A stretch of 32,000 nucleotides of DNA, taken from positions 1,790,865-1,822,864 of the forward strand of contig CAWGMQ010000006.1 of NCBI GenBank assembly GCA_963823665.1, in the 5' to 3' direction. The stretch is from an uncultured Planctomycetota bacterium (GTDB taxonomy: Bacteria; Planctomycetota; Planctomycetia; Isosphaerales; Isosphaeraceae). Positions 1-7,514 of the stretch are shown one piece after another. The position numbers and the translations under genes are program-made. The notes under the pieces were generated by a model. That model was not told where the DNA came from. It did not search any database and saw only the letters and a program-made list of their open reading frames with translations. How positions within the stretch are numbered: the first letter of the stretch is position 1; every line of letters begins with the position of its first letter.

Positions 1-1945
1 GACGTGACCGTGCCAACGGCGCCATCATTGAACGCGACCGTGTTATTAGCGGCGGTTGGATCGAAGCCGAAGCCGTTGATGGTGATCTGGGGCGCATTGG
101 CGGCCAGGTGGCCCGTGCTGGCGGTTACCACCGGCGTCACCGTCGCCACTTGAACCGCAGTCCCGCTGCTGATCTTGTCGGTGGTCACGACCGCGGTGAG
201 GCTGCCGGAGGTGGTGGGCTCGGTCGTGAGCGTCACGGTGAACGAAGTGGGGCTGGACTTCGTGACCGTGCCGGCGGCGCCGTTGTTGAACGTGACTGTG
301 TCATTCGCGGCCGTCGCATCGAAGCCCAGGCCATTGATCGTGATCTGGGTCGCGCTCGCGGCTAGCTGGGCCGTGCTGGCAGTCACGACGGGCGTCACCG
401 TCGCCACTTGAACCGCGGCGCCGCTGCTTTGGTTGTCGGTGGTCACCACCGCGGTCAAGCTGCCGGCGGTGGTGGGCCTGGTCGAGAACGTCACGGTCAG
501 CGCGGTTGGGCTCGCCGTCATGACCGTGCCGACCGCGCCGTCGTTGAACGTGATCGTGTTATTGGCGGCGGTCGGATCGAAGCCCAGGCCCTTGATCGTG
601 ACCTGGGTCGCGCTCGCGGCCAGGTCGGCGGTGCTGGCGGTCACGACCGGCGTCACCGTCGCCACTTGCACCGCGGCGCCGCTGCTTTGCTTGTCGGTGG
701 TCACGATGGCGGTCAGGCTGCCGGCGGTGGTGGGCCTGGTCGTGAACGTCACGGTGAGCGCGGCTGGGCTCGCAGTCATGACCGTGCCGGCGGCGCCGTC
801 GTTGAACGTGACCGTGTTATTAGCGGCGGTCGGGTCGAAGCCCAGGCCGTTGATCGTGATCTGGGTCGCGCTCGCGGGTAGCTGGGCTGTGCTGGCGGTC
901 ACCACGGGCGTCACCGTCGCCACTTGCACCGCGGCGCCGCTGCTTTGCTTGTCGGTGGTCACGATGGCGGTCAGGCTGCCGGCGGTGGTGGGCCTGGTCG
1001 AGAACGTCACAGTCAGCGCGGTTGGGCTCGCCGTCATGACCGTGCCGACCGCGCCGTCGTTGAACGTGATCGTGTTATTGGCGGCGGTCGGATCGAAGCC
1101 CAGGCCGTTGATCGTGATCTGCGACGCGCTCGCGGCCAGGTTGGCCGTGCTGGACGTCACCACGGGCGTCACCGTCGCCACTTGCACCGCAGTCCCGCTG
1201 CTGATCTTGTCGGTGGTCACGATGGCGGTCAGGCTACCGGCGGTTGTGGGCTTGGTCGTGAACGTCACGGTGAGCGAAGTCGGGCTGGCCGTCGCGACCG
1301 TGCCGGCGGCGCCGTCGTTGAACGTGACTGTGTCATTGGCGGCGGTCGCATCGAAGCCCAGGCCCTTGATCGTGATCTGGGTCGCGCTCGCGGGTAGCTG
1401 GGCTGTGCTGGCGGTCACCACGGGCGTCACCGTCGCCACTTGCACCGCGGCGCCGCTGCTTTGCTTGTCGGTGGTCACGATGGCGGTCAGGCTGCCGGCC
1501 GTGGTGGGCCTGGTCGAGAACGTCACAGTCAGCGCGGTTGGGCTCGCCGTCATGACCGTGCCGACCGCGCCGTCGTTGAACGTGATCGTGTTATTGGCGG
1601 CGGTCGGATCGAAGCCCAGGCCCTTGATCGTGATCTGGGACGCGCTCGCGGCCAAGTCGGCGGTGCTGGCGGTCACGACCGGCGTCACGGTCGCCACTTG
1701 CACGGCGGCGCCGCTGCTGACGCCGTCCGAGTGGACGATGGCAGTCAGGCTGCCGGCGGTGGTGGGCCTGGTCGAGAACGTTACGGTCAGTGAGTCGAAA
1801 GTCGCGGCCGTGACCGTGCCAATCGCGCCGTCGTTGAATGTGACGGTGTCGTTGGCGACGATCGGATCGAAGGCCACACCGTTGATCGTGATCTGGGTCG
1901 CGCTGGCAGCGAGGTTGGCGGTGCTGGCGGTCGGCACCGGGGTCG
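1..1945. repeat. Coding tandem array with a 258-bp (86-codon) unit, 7 full plus 1 partial copies, and a 516-bp higher-order periodicity
   Basis: The landmark GTCAC(C/G)GTCGCCACTTG recurs at 136, 394, 652, 910, 1168, 1426 and 1684, an exact 258 spacing. Antisense shadow ORFs start at 408, 924 and 1440 (516 spacing). Segments 901-1140 and 1417-1656 are nearly identical by eye. Confidence 0.9.
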
Positions 1946-3473
1946 TGGTGCCGGTCAGGCCGTTGGGCGGGGCCGGGTTGTCGCTGACCAAATTGTGGGT
2001 GCTGCCGGTCAGGCTGGGCGCGAGGGCGCCATCGATGGCGCTCGCGTAGAATTCGCTGACGGTGGTCGAGGCATTCTGGCCGAGGATGCTGTTGACGACG
2101 GTGGCGGTCGCCTTTTCGTTGCTGCCATCGCTGAGGACGTAGACGCCTTCGCCCGCCTGGGCCCCCTGGTCGGTGGTGCCGAACTGGCCCCCGGCGGCGC
2201 CTGAGGCAGTGTTGCCGCGGAAGGTGTCGGAGGTGGCGTTCAGGATGCCGTTGAGAAGGAAGACGGCACCGCCGTATCCGGAGCCGCCGCCGGCGAGCAG
2301 GTCAGTGGGGGATTGGGAAGTAACGATGTTACCGCCGGCGCCGCCGGCGGCGGTGTTGCCGGTGAACGTGTCGCTGGTCAGGGTGAGGGTCCCGCCGTTG
2401 CTGAAGATGCCTCCTCCCAGCCCGGCACCGCCGCCGCCGGCGCCATCGTAACTACTGCCGCCTTCTATGCCGCCGCCACCGCCGAAGCCCCCTCTTCCGG
2501 GATAGAGCCCGTTGGTGGGAGACAGAGGGTTGAAGCCGGCGCCGCCGCCGCCGCCGCCGAAGCCCCCGTTACCGCCATTGCCGCCACCGTGGTCGACCAA
2601 GCCAAAAGTAGTCGGCCAGGAAACGCCCGTACCGCCGCCGCCGCCGCCGCCGCCAAAACCGCCGGAGCCGCCGGGCCCGGTTGTGAGTTGCCCACCGATA
2701 TCGAAGCCGCCGCCGCCGCCGCCGCCGCCGAAGCCGCCGTTTTTGTTGTGGGCGCCGCCATTGAGTCCGCCCCCTTTATCGCCATCCCCTGATGAGGTCG
2801 AGCCAAGGCCTCCGCCACCTCCGCCCGAGCTCGCCGGGTCCGAACCAGGTTGAGCATTTCCTCCGCTGCCGCCTTGGGCGCTGTTATTGACGAAAGTGCA
2901 GCCGTCCGCCTCGAAGACACCTTCGACGAACACCGCGCCGCCCAAACCAGCGCCGCCGCCGCCGCCGCCGCCGAAGGTGCTGTCGCCGGCGCCGCCGGTG
3001 GCTTTCCCGTCTGCCAGAGTCAGGTTGTCGAGCGTCAGCGAGTCGCCGCCGGCCACGACGAACGGCCGCACAGCATTGCCGCCGTTGATGACCAGTCCAG
3101 GCGCCCCGGAGCCTTCGATGGTAATCTTGGTGCCGGACCCGGTGATGTAGAACGCCGTCGGGCCAAACTCTGCGGCAGCCGAGTTGACGTCTTCGGAATT
3201 GAGCTGGATCGTGGAATTGGCGGGCACGCCACTGAACGTGATCACGGCTGCGGGGTCGTGGACGGCCACGGCCGCGGTGATGGCGGCGCCGAGACTGCCC
3301 GTGCCACTGTAATCCGTGTTGGTGACTGAGTACGTGCTGAGCAAGCAGCGATCCTCCAGCAGCTCCAGAAGGTGCTTGCGGGTCCGAAACGCGCCGGATG
3401 GGATGGGCCGGCGGCGAGCGGGCGAGGAGCGGAACAGCGTTCGGAGGGTGGAGAGAAGGATGCGGCGCGGCAT
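1..3473 (-). CDS. Giant secreted/surface protein, C-terminus cut by the left window edge (>=1157 codons). It has a basic N-terminal leader with an LLELLEDRCLLS motif, Gly-rich pmp-like parallel beta-helix repeats, then tandem 86-aa IPT/TIG-like Ig domains
   Basis: Hand translation of the minus frame whose codons have low coordinates divisible by 3. ATG at 3473..3471 gives MPRRILLSTLRTLFRSSPARRRPIPSGAFRTRKHLLELLEDRCLLSTYSVTNTDYSGTGSL... followed by GGAVFVEGVFEADGCTFVNNSAQGG and similar GGA..F..N repeats. The same frame at the left edge reads ...GFGFDPTAANNTVAFNDGAVGTVT. The next upstream in-frame stop is the TGA (3570..3572) of the neighbouring gene. The track lists no minus ORF in this frame, as expected if there is no stop inside the window. 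Confidence 0.85.
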   Translation of the reverse strand, partial: MPRRILLSTLRTLFRSSPARRRPIPSGAFRTRKHLLELLEDRCLLSTYSVTNTDYSGTGSLGAAITAAVAVHDPAAVITFSGVPANSTIQLNSEDVNSAAAEFGPTAFYITGSGTKITIEGSGAPGLVINGGNAVRPFVVAGGDSLTLDNLTLADGKATGGAGDSTFGGGGGGGAGLGGAVFVEGVFEADGCTFVNNSAQGGSGGNAQPGSDPASSGGGGGGLGSTSSGDGDKGGGLNGGAHNKNGGFGGGGGGGGFDIGGQLTTGPGGSGGFGGGGGGGGTGVSWPTTFGLVDHGGGNGGNGGFGGGGGGAGFNPLSPTNGLYPGRGGFGGGGGIEGGSSYDGAGGGGAGLGGGIFSNGGTLTLTSDTFTGNTAAGGAGGNIVTSQSPTDLLAGGGSGYGGAVFLLNGILNATSDTFRGNTASGAAGGQFGTTDQGAQAGEGVYVLSDGSNEKATATVVNSILGQNASTTVSEFYASAIDGALAPSLTGSTHNLVSDNPAPPNGLTGTTTPVPTASTANLAASATQITINGVAFDPIVANDTVTFNDGAIGTVTAATFDSLTVTFSTRPTTAGSLTAIVHSDGVSSGAAVQVATVTPVVTASTADLAASASQITIKGLGFDPTAANNTITFNDGAVGTVMTASPTALTVTFSTRPTTAGSLTAIVTTDKQSSGAAVQVATVTPVVTASTAQLPASATQITIKGLGFDATAANDTVTFNDGAAGTVATASPTSLTVTFTTKPTTAGSLTAIVTTDKISSGTAVQVATVTPVVTSSTANLAASASQITINGLGFDPTAANNTITFNDGAVGTVMTASPTALTVTFSTRPTTAGSLTAIVTTDKQSSGAAVQVATVTPVVTASTAQLPASATQITINGLGFDPTAANNTVTFNDGAAGTVMTASPAALTVTFTTRPTTAGSLTAIVTTDKQSSGAAVQVATVTPVVTASTADLAASATQVTIKGLGFDPTAANNTITFNDGAVGTVMTASPTALTVTFSTRPTTAGSLTAVVTTDNQSSGAAVQVATVTPVVTASTAQLAASATQITINGLGFDATAANDTVTFNNGAAGTVTKSSPTSFTVTLTTEPTTSGSLTAVVTTDKISSGTAVQVATVTPVVTASTGHLAANAPQITINGFGFDPTAANNTVAFNDGAVGTVT

Positions 3474-3569
3474 GGTCAAGCTCCGGTGTGTTCTCGGGGT
3501 CGCAACGGGATCGAAGGGAGTCCCGACTCGAGGCCGGGCGCGGCTGCGCCACGGGGCGCAGTCCCACGG

Positions 3570-5846
3570 TCATTCCACAGGCAAACGAGCGAACAGATCG
3601 GCAAGGGTTGCTTCGTAGTGTTTCCACCGCGCCAGTGACCGGCGATAGAGCGACTGGCGGACTTGCGTCACGCTGGCGGTTTGTACTGGTCGGACCGTTT
3701 GATGGAAGCGACCGCAGGCCGGCTCCCACTCCAGGCCGCACGCGGCCAGCAGGCGCCGGGCCTCGGTGTCGAAGTCATCGACCAGGTGTTCGTAAACCAC
3801 CTCATGCACCGGCACCGGCAACACGGTGCGCCAGTACTGCATCAGCCGTGCGTAATCACGGCAGCGGCCGGCCAGATGCTTGCGATCGTTGGTCCAGCGA
3901 ATGGTGCGGAAATCGGTCATCCAGCACGAGACCGCGACATCGCGCAGGTCACGGCGAACGTGGATGAAGGTCGCCCGGGGGAACAAGAGTGCCACCAGGC
4001 CCAGATAGAGGTAATTGTCCGGCAGCTTGTCCACGATCCGATCCTTGGCCGCGCCTGGTCCGACGGTGGGGAGGGTCCGGAGCAGCGCCTCGAGGCCGTC
4101 GCGGTGACGCCGGGTCAGTTGCCGCACGGCCCCCGTATCGAGGGCTTCCAGGCAGGGCAGCATCTGGTCGGGGCGGCCCAGTAGCTCGGGTATGGACACG
4201 AATTCCGCGTGGGCCAGGCCCAATTCGCCGGCGCCATGCACCCGCGAATGACTGGCCAGTACCTGCTCGACCAGCGTGGTGCCGGAGCGCGGCATGCCGA
4301 AGACGAACAGCGGCTGCCGGGTGTCGTCGCCTGCCCCTGCCAGGCGATCGAAGAGTTGCGGCGTGAAGCCCGCGATGATCCGGTCGACCAGTGCCGCATG
4401 CCCGTCGGGGTTGTAGTGTTTCCCCTGCTTGCGGCGCTGCGCAAGCGCCAGGGCATTGGCCTGTTCCAGGCAGTCGGCGGCCGCGGCGTACGCGCCCTGG
4501 GCGTCCAGCACCTGGGCCAGGCCGAACAGCAAGCTGCGACGCGCCGGCGAGCGAGGCGGTAGACTCCGATCGTCGGCGCGGCCGCGGCCGCTTCGCCCGA
4601 GCTGGGTTTCGATCGCGTCGCGGTCGATGTCGGGCAACTTGCCGCGGAGCAGCAACGCCAACCGAGCGAGCGGCCCCGGTGCCCGGGGATAGAGCGCCTG
4701 GGCCCGGCGATACCACGCCTCGGCCTCGGCCATATCCCCCAGCTCCTCGTGCAGGCCGCCACTGTTCAGGAGCGCATCCACATATTGTGGTTGCAGTTCA
4801 AGGGCCCGGCGATAGCAGGCGGCGGCCTCGGCGAACCGGCCCTCCTGTTGCAGCGCCCGGCCCAGATGGTTGTGCCCCGGGGAGTGCGTGGGATTCAGCT
4901 CGACGACCCGTTGCCAGCACGACAGCGCGGCGGCGCGGTCCTCGTCGGCGTCATGGGCGTTGGCCAGGTACTGCCACATCGCGGCATCGTCCGGAGCCAG
5001 CTCGACGGCACGGCGGAAGCCGGCATAGGCGTCGGCGCGCTTGCCTTCCAGGAACAAGGCCAGGCCGCGGTTGGCGTGGACCCGCGCCAGCTCACCCGGT
5101 CGCTCCTGGATCAAGCTCGCGGCGCGGAGGGCCTCGTCGTAGGCCGCCTGCGCTTCGCTCCAGCGTTCCAGGGCACGGTACGCGTTGCCCAGGTTGTTGA
5201 GTGCGGCCGGCCTTCGGGGCTCGAGGCGGACGGCCTCCTGGCAGTGCGTCAGGCCCTCCTCGGCTTCGCCCTGATCCACCAGCATCGCGCCGAGGTTGCT
5301 GCGGGCCAGGGGCAGGTTGGGATCGAGCGCGACCGCGGCGCGATACGCCCGGAGAGCCTCGCCGAGCTGACCCAGCTCGTGGAGAGACGTACCGAGGTTG
5401 TTCCGGGCCAGGGCGAAATCGGCACGCATCTCCAGCGCGGCGCGGAACTGCGCGACGGCCTCGGCAAACTGGCCCAGCGCATGCAGCGCGAGGCCGAGGT
5501 TGTTGGCCGCCTCGGGGTAGGCCTGTCGCAGTCTCAGGGCGGTCCGGCAGCAGTCAATGGCCTGTTGGTGCTGGCCGAGCGAGCGGTGGGCCTCGGCCAG
5601 GTTGGCGTGGTAAACGGCGGTATCGGGTTGCAGAGCCACCGCCCGGCCGATCAGCTCGACGGCGCGGGCAAAATACCCGTTCTGGTAATGCAGGACGCCA
5701 AAAAGGTGCAGGGCCTCGGCCTGGTCGGGCTGCCGGACGAGCAGGGTGTGATAAGACCGCGCGGCGTCGGCGAAGCGACCCTCCTGATGGAACTGCCAGG
5801 CGGTCGCGAGGTCGGAAGTGACCACGGTCGTCGCTCCGTGACTCAT
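3570..5846 (-). CDS. TPR-repeat protein with a C-terminal sulfotransferase domain (758 aa)
   Basis: Complete ORF. The N-terminal ~400 aa are TPR-type repeats (AEALHLFGVLHYQNGYFARAVELIGRAVALQPD, ANNLGLALHALGQFAEAVAQFRAALEMRAD, and others). The C-terminal part carries sulfotransferase PAPS-binding signatures FVFGMPRSGTTLVEQVL (5'-PSB loop) and FIHVRRDLRDVAVSCW (3'-PB-like). Confidence 0.9.
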   Translation of the reverse strand: MSHGATTVVTSDLATAWQFHQEGRFADAARSYHTLLVRQPDQAEALHLFGVLHYQNGYFARAVELIGRAVALQPDTAVYHANLAEAHRSLGQHQQAIDCCRTALRLRQAYPEAANNLGLALHALGQFAEAVAQFRAALEMRADFALARNNLGTSLHELGQLGEALRAYRAAVALDPNLPLARSNLGAMLVDQGEAEEGLTHCQEAVRLEPRRPAALNNLGNAYRALERWSEAQAAYDEALRAASLIQERPGELARVHANRGLALFLEGKRADAYAGFRRAVELAPDDAAMWQYLANAHDADEDRAAALSCWQRVVELNPTHSPGHNHLGRALQQEGRFAEAAACYRRALELQPQYVDALLNSGGLHEELGDMAEAEAWYRRAQALYPRAPGPLARLALLLRGKLPDIDRDAIETQLGRSGRGRADDRSLPPRSPARRSLLFGLAQVLDAQGAYAAAADCLEQANALALAQRRKQGKHYNPDGHAALVDRIIAGFTPQLFDRLAGAGDDTRQPLFVFGMPRSGTTLVEQVLASHSRVHGAGELGLAHAEFVSIPELLGRPDQMLPCLEALDTGAVRQLTRRHRDGLEALLRTLPTVGPGAAKDRIVDKLPDNYLYLGLVALLFPRATFIHVRRDLRDVAVSCWMTDFRTIRWTNDRKHLAGRCRDYARLMQYWRTVLPVPVHEVVYEHLVDDFDTEARRLLAACGLEWEPACGRFHQTVRPVQTASVTQVRQSLYRRSLARWKHYEATLADLFARLPVE

Positions 5847-5893
5847 CTCTGAGTTGGTGAATCTGACTTCCCGTTGTTGCTAGTACTGCGGGC

Positions 5894-6065
5894 CGACCGC
5901 GATCCTCGACTGGGTCCTCTCAAAAGTCTCGAACTTGCCAAATTTGGCCTTGCGGCGGTATTTAAGGCTAGCAAGTGGGGTACTCGGGTTGAGGGGGCCG
6001 AATTCCGCGCGGAAGACCCCGGAGACGTGTCCCAACTCGTTGAATCCCGCTGTCCAGAACTTAAG
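5894..6065 (+). promoter_or_regulatory. Conserved sigma-gene leader, copy 1 (decayed arms)
   Basis: 5' arm TACTGCGGG (5894..5902) followed by CCGACCGCGAT. Palindrome TTCCGCGCGGAA at 6003..6014. TTGAATC followed by 3' arm CCCGCtGTc (6046..6054), which has 2 mismatches to the 5' arm. Confidence 0.35.
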
Positions 6066-6232
6066 ATGATCGAGATGTCGCCACCTCCAGGGCAGGTCTC
6101 CGGACTTGTCGCACGCGCCGCGGCAGGCGACCGGGCTGCGATCCTCGAGCTGCTCGAGCGCAAGATGCAGCTCGAGGACGCGCTCAACCGGATGGATCCG
6201 CTCGACCGCGAGATCCTCGTGCTGCGGCACTT
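6066..6232 (+). pseudogene. ECF sigma factor remnant (copy 1) with an internal in-frame deletion and 3' truncation
   Basis: It reads MIEMSPPPGQVSGLVARAAAGDRAAILELLER joined directly to KMQLEDALNRMDPLDREILVLRHF. The intact paralogue 7515..8168 has about 115 codons between ELLER and KMQL. Similarity ends near 6232. Confidence 0.8.
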
Positions 6233-6337
6233 CGACCCGATCTCCGGTCCCGACGGTTTTATTCGACCGCCTTCGGCGCATTGCCCGCCGCTCGTCCCGA
6301 CCGCGTGCGTTCTGTCGCGACTTTCCGGGGTTATGGC

Positions 6338-7258
6338 TCAGCACACGCTCTTGGTCCGACCCAAAAGACAAGATGACGAGGCGGAACGATTGTCCGGTAA
6401 CGTGATTGGCGATCCGTCATCCGAGGATCTTGTCAAGCGGCACGGGCGGCGCGCTGATCTCGCGCATCGCGACCGTGCGAGGGCCAGAATCGCGACCGCG
6501 GTTGTGCCCAAGACCAGGGTTGAGGGCTCGGGGACGGAGGCGATCCGCAAGTTGTCGAACGTTACGTCCACGGCACTGGTCGACCCCATTTGGGCCGAAG
6601 CTACGACACCGCTGAAACCGGAAGTATACGTCGTGTCCGTCGCAGTCACGGTGGCCAAGGCCACGCCCGGTGCGCTCAGGTCGAACAGGCTCGCCGACAG
6701 GTTCGCGCCCACCCCTGTGAAACTAATCTGGTACGACTGAGTCGGGTCGAGCGTCACCGCGACGTCAGAGATGTCGGTCGCGATCTCGTTGGTGATCCGT
6801 TCGATGACCAGGAGGCCCGTGTTCCCACCGTTGCCCGCCGTGAGGTAGAGGGCGACGTAACCGTCGGAGGTGCCGAGGCCGAGGTTGCTCGTTCGCCCCC
6901 CCACGCCGAAGGCTTCGCCCAGCGTGTCGTTCCAGCCCACGATGTCGGCCGAGGTCGAGAAGTTGGTGAGCGACACCGCGGTGTCGATGCTGTACAGCCG
7001 CGCCTGGCCGATGACCGGGACCAGTGCCGACGGCACGCCGGGCGAGGCGAGTTCGTAGCCGTAGTTGCCCGGCGCGAGCAGGGGAAACGTGAAGGAGCCG
7101 CCCGGCTGGCCGGCGACCCCTGCGAGCGGGTTGAAGCGGGTCAGTCCCGCGTCGCTCTGGTTGTTGAAGTCGAACAGGATACCGGCCCGGGCTTCGCCGG
7201 CCAAGGCCAGGCCGATGATCAGAGCGAGCGGCGTCGCGAACGTCTTGGCACATCTCAT
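6338..7258 (-). CDS. PEP-CTERM-motif secreted protein (306 aa as an ORF), with a signal peptide and an uncharacterised beta-rich body
   Basis: N-terminus MRCAKTFATPLALIIGLALAGEARA looks like a signal peptide. Near the C-terminus, VPEPSTLVLGTTAVAILALARSRCARSARRP shows the PEP motif, a hydrophobic helix and a basic cluster. The ORF then continues about 35 further codons. Confidence 0.75.
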   Translation of the reverse strand: MRCAKTFATPLALIIGLALAGEARAGILFDFNNQSDAGLTRFNPLAGVAGQPGGSFTFPLLAPGNYGYELASPGVPSALVPVIGQARLYSIDTAVSLTNFSTSADIVGWNDTLGEAFGVGGRTSNLGLGTSDGYVALYLTAGNGGNTGLLVIERITNEIATDISDVAVTLDPTQSYQISFTGVGANLSASLFDLSAPGVALATVTATDTTYTSGFSGVVASAQMGSTSAVDVTFDNLRIASVPEPSTLVLGTTAVAILALARSRCARSARRPCRLTRSSDDGSPITLPDNRSASSSCLLGRTKSVC

Positions 7259-7328
7259 GTCGTAACCTCTTTGGTCTGCGAGTCACAAATCTCGCCGAGT
7301 TGTTGGGCTTCACTTCCCCCTGCTGTCA

Positions 7329-7514
7329 ATACTCCGGACCGACCGCGATTCTGGACTGAATTCCGTCAAAAAGACCTTTGCGGCGCCATATTTGGCCGCG
7401 AGGCGACATCTAAGGCTCCATTGTGCGATCCCGGGCTGACGAGAGCCCTATTCCGCGCGGAAGGCTGCGGAGACGTGTCGCCAACTCGTTGAAACCCGGA
7501 GTATAGAGCTTAAG
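7329..7514 (+). promoter_or_regulatory. Conserved sigma-gene leader, copy 2
   Basis: 5' arm ATACTCCGG (7329..7337) followed by ACCGACCGCGAT. Palindrome TTCCGCGCGGAA at 7451..7462. TTGAAAC followed by 3' arm CCGGAGTAT (7496..7504), which is a perfect complement of the 5' arm. The ATG lies 10 nt downstream. Confidence 0.5.

Noticed and set aside
1-1945. Regular 258-bp repeats considered as a CRISPR-like array
   Set aside because: The units are contiguous with no unique spacers and are far longer than CRISPR repeats. They lie in one open reading frame encoding Ig-like domains.
108-2049. Stack of + strand ORFs (108..365, 175..411, 408..881, 433..2049 at 538 aa, 924..1397, 1440..1793) over the tandem array
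   Set aside because: They are antisense or off-frame shadows of the minus-strand IPT/TIG repeat gene. Their translations are low-complexity (RGHDGGQAAGGGG, VVTTAVRLPAVVGLV) and merely repeat with the 258/516-bp period. The minus frame gives a continuous domain-like protein.
2512-2853. Proline-rich 113-aa + strand ORF (PPPPPPKPP...) and the neighbouring ORFs 2313..2792 and 2465..2920
   Set aside because: They are the complement of, or frame-shifted readings of, the poly-Gly (GGC/GGT-rich) segment of the minus-strand surface protein. They are not independent genes.
4749-5852. Long antisense ORFs opposite real genes: 4749..5852 (+), 9687..10925 (-), 16623..18119 (-), 18213..19592 (+), 22200..23357 (-), 25187..26152 (-), 27327..28547 (-), 2884..3741 (-)
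   Set aside because: These are typical stop-poor shadow frames of high-GC DNA. The translations are Arg/Pro/Gly/Ala-rich with no motifs, while the opposite strand carries clear TPR, kinase, WD40, beta-helix or MFS signatures.
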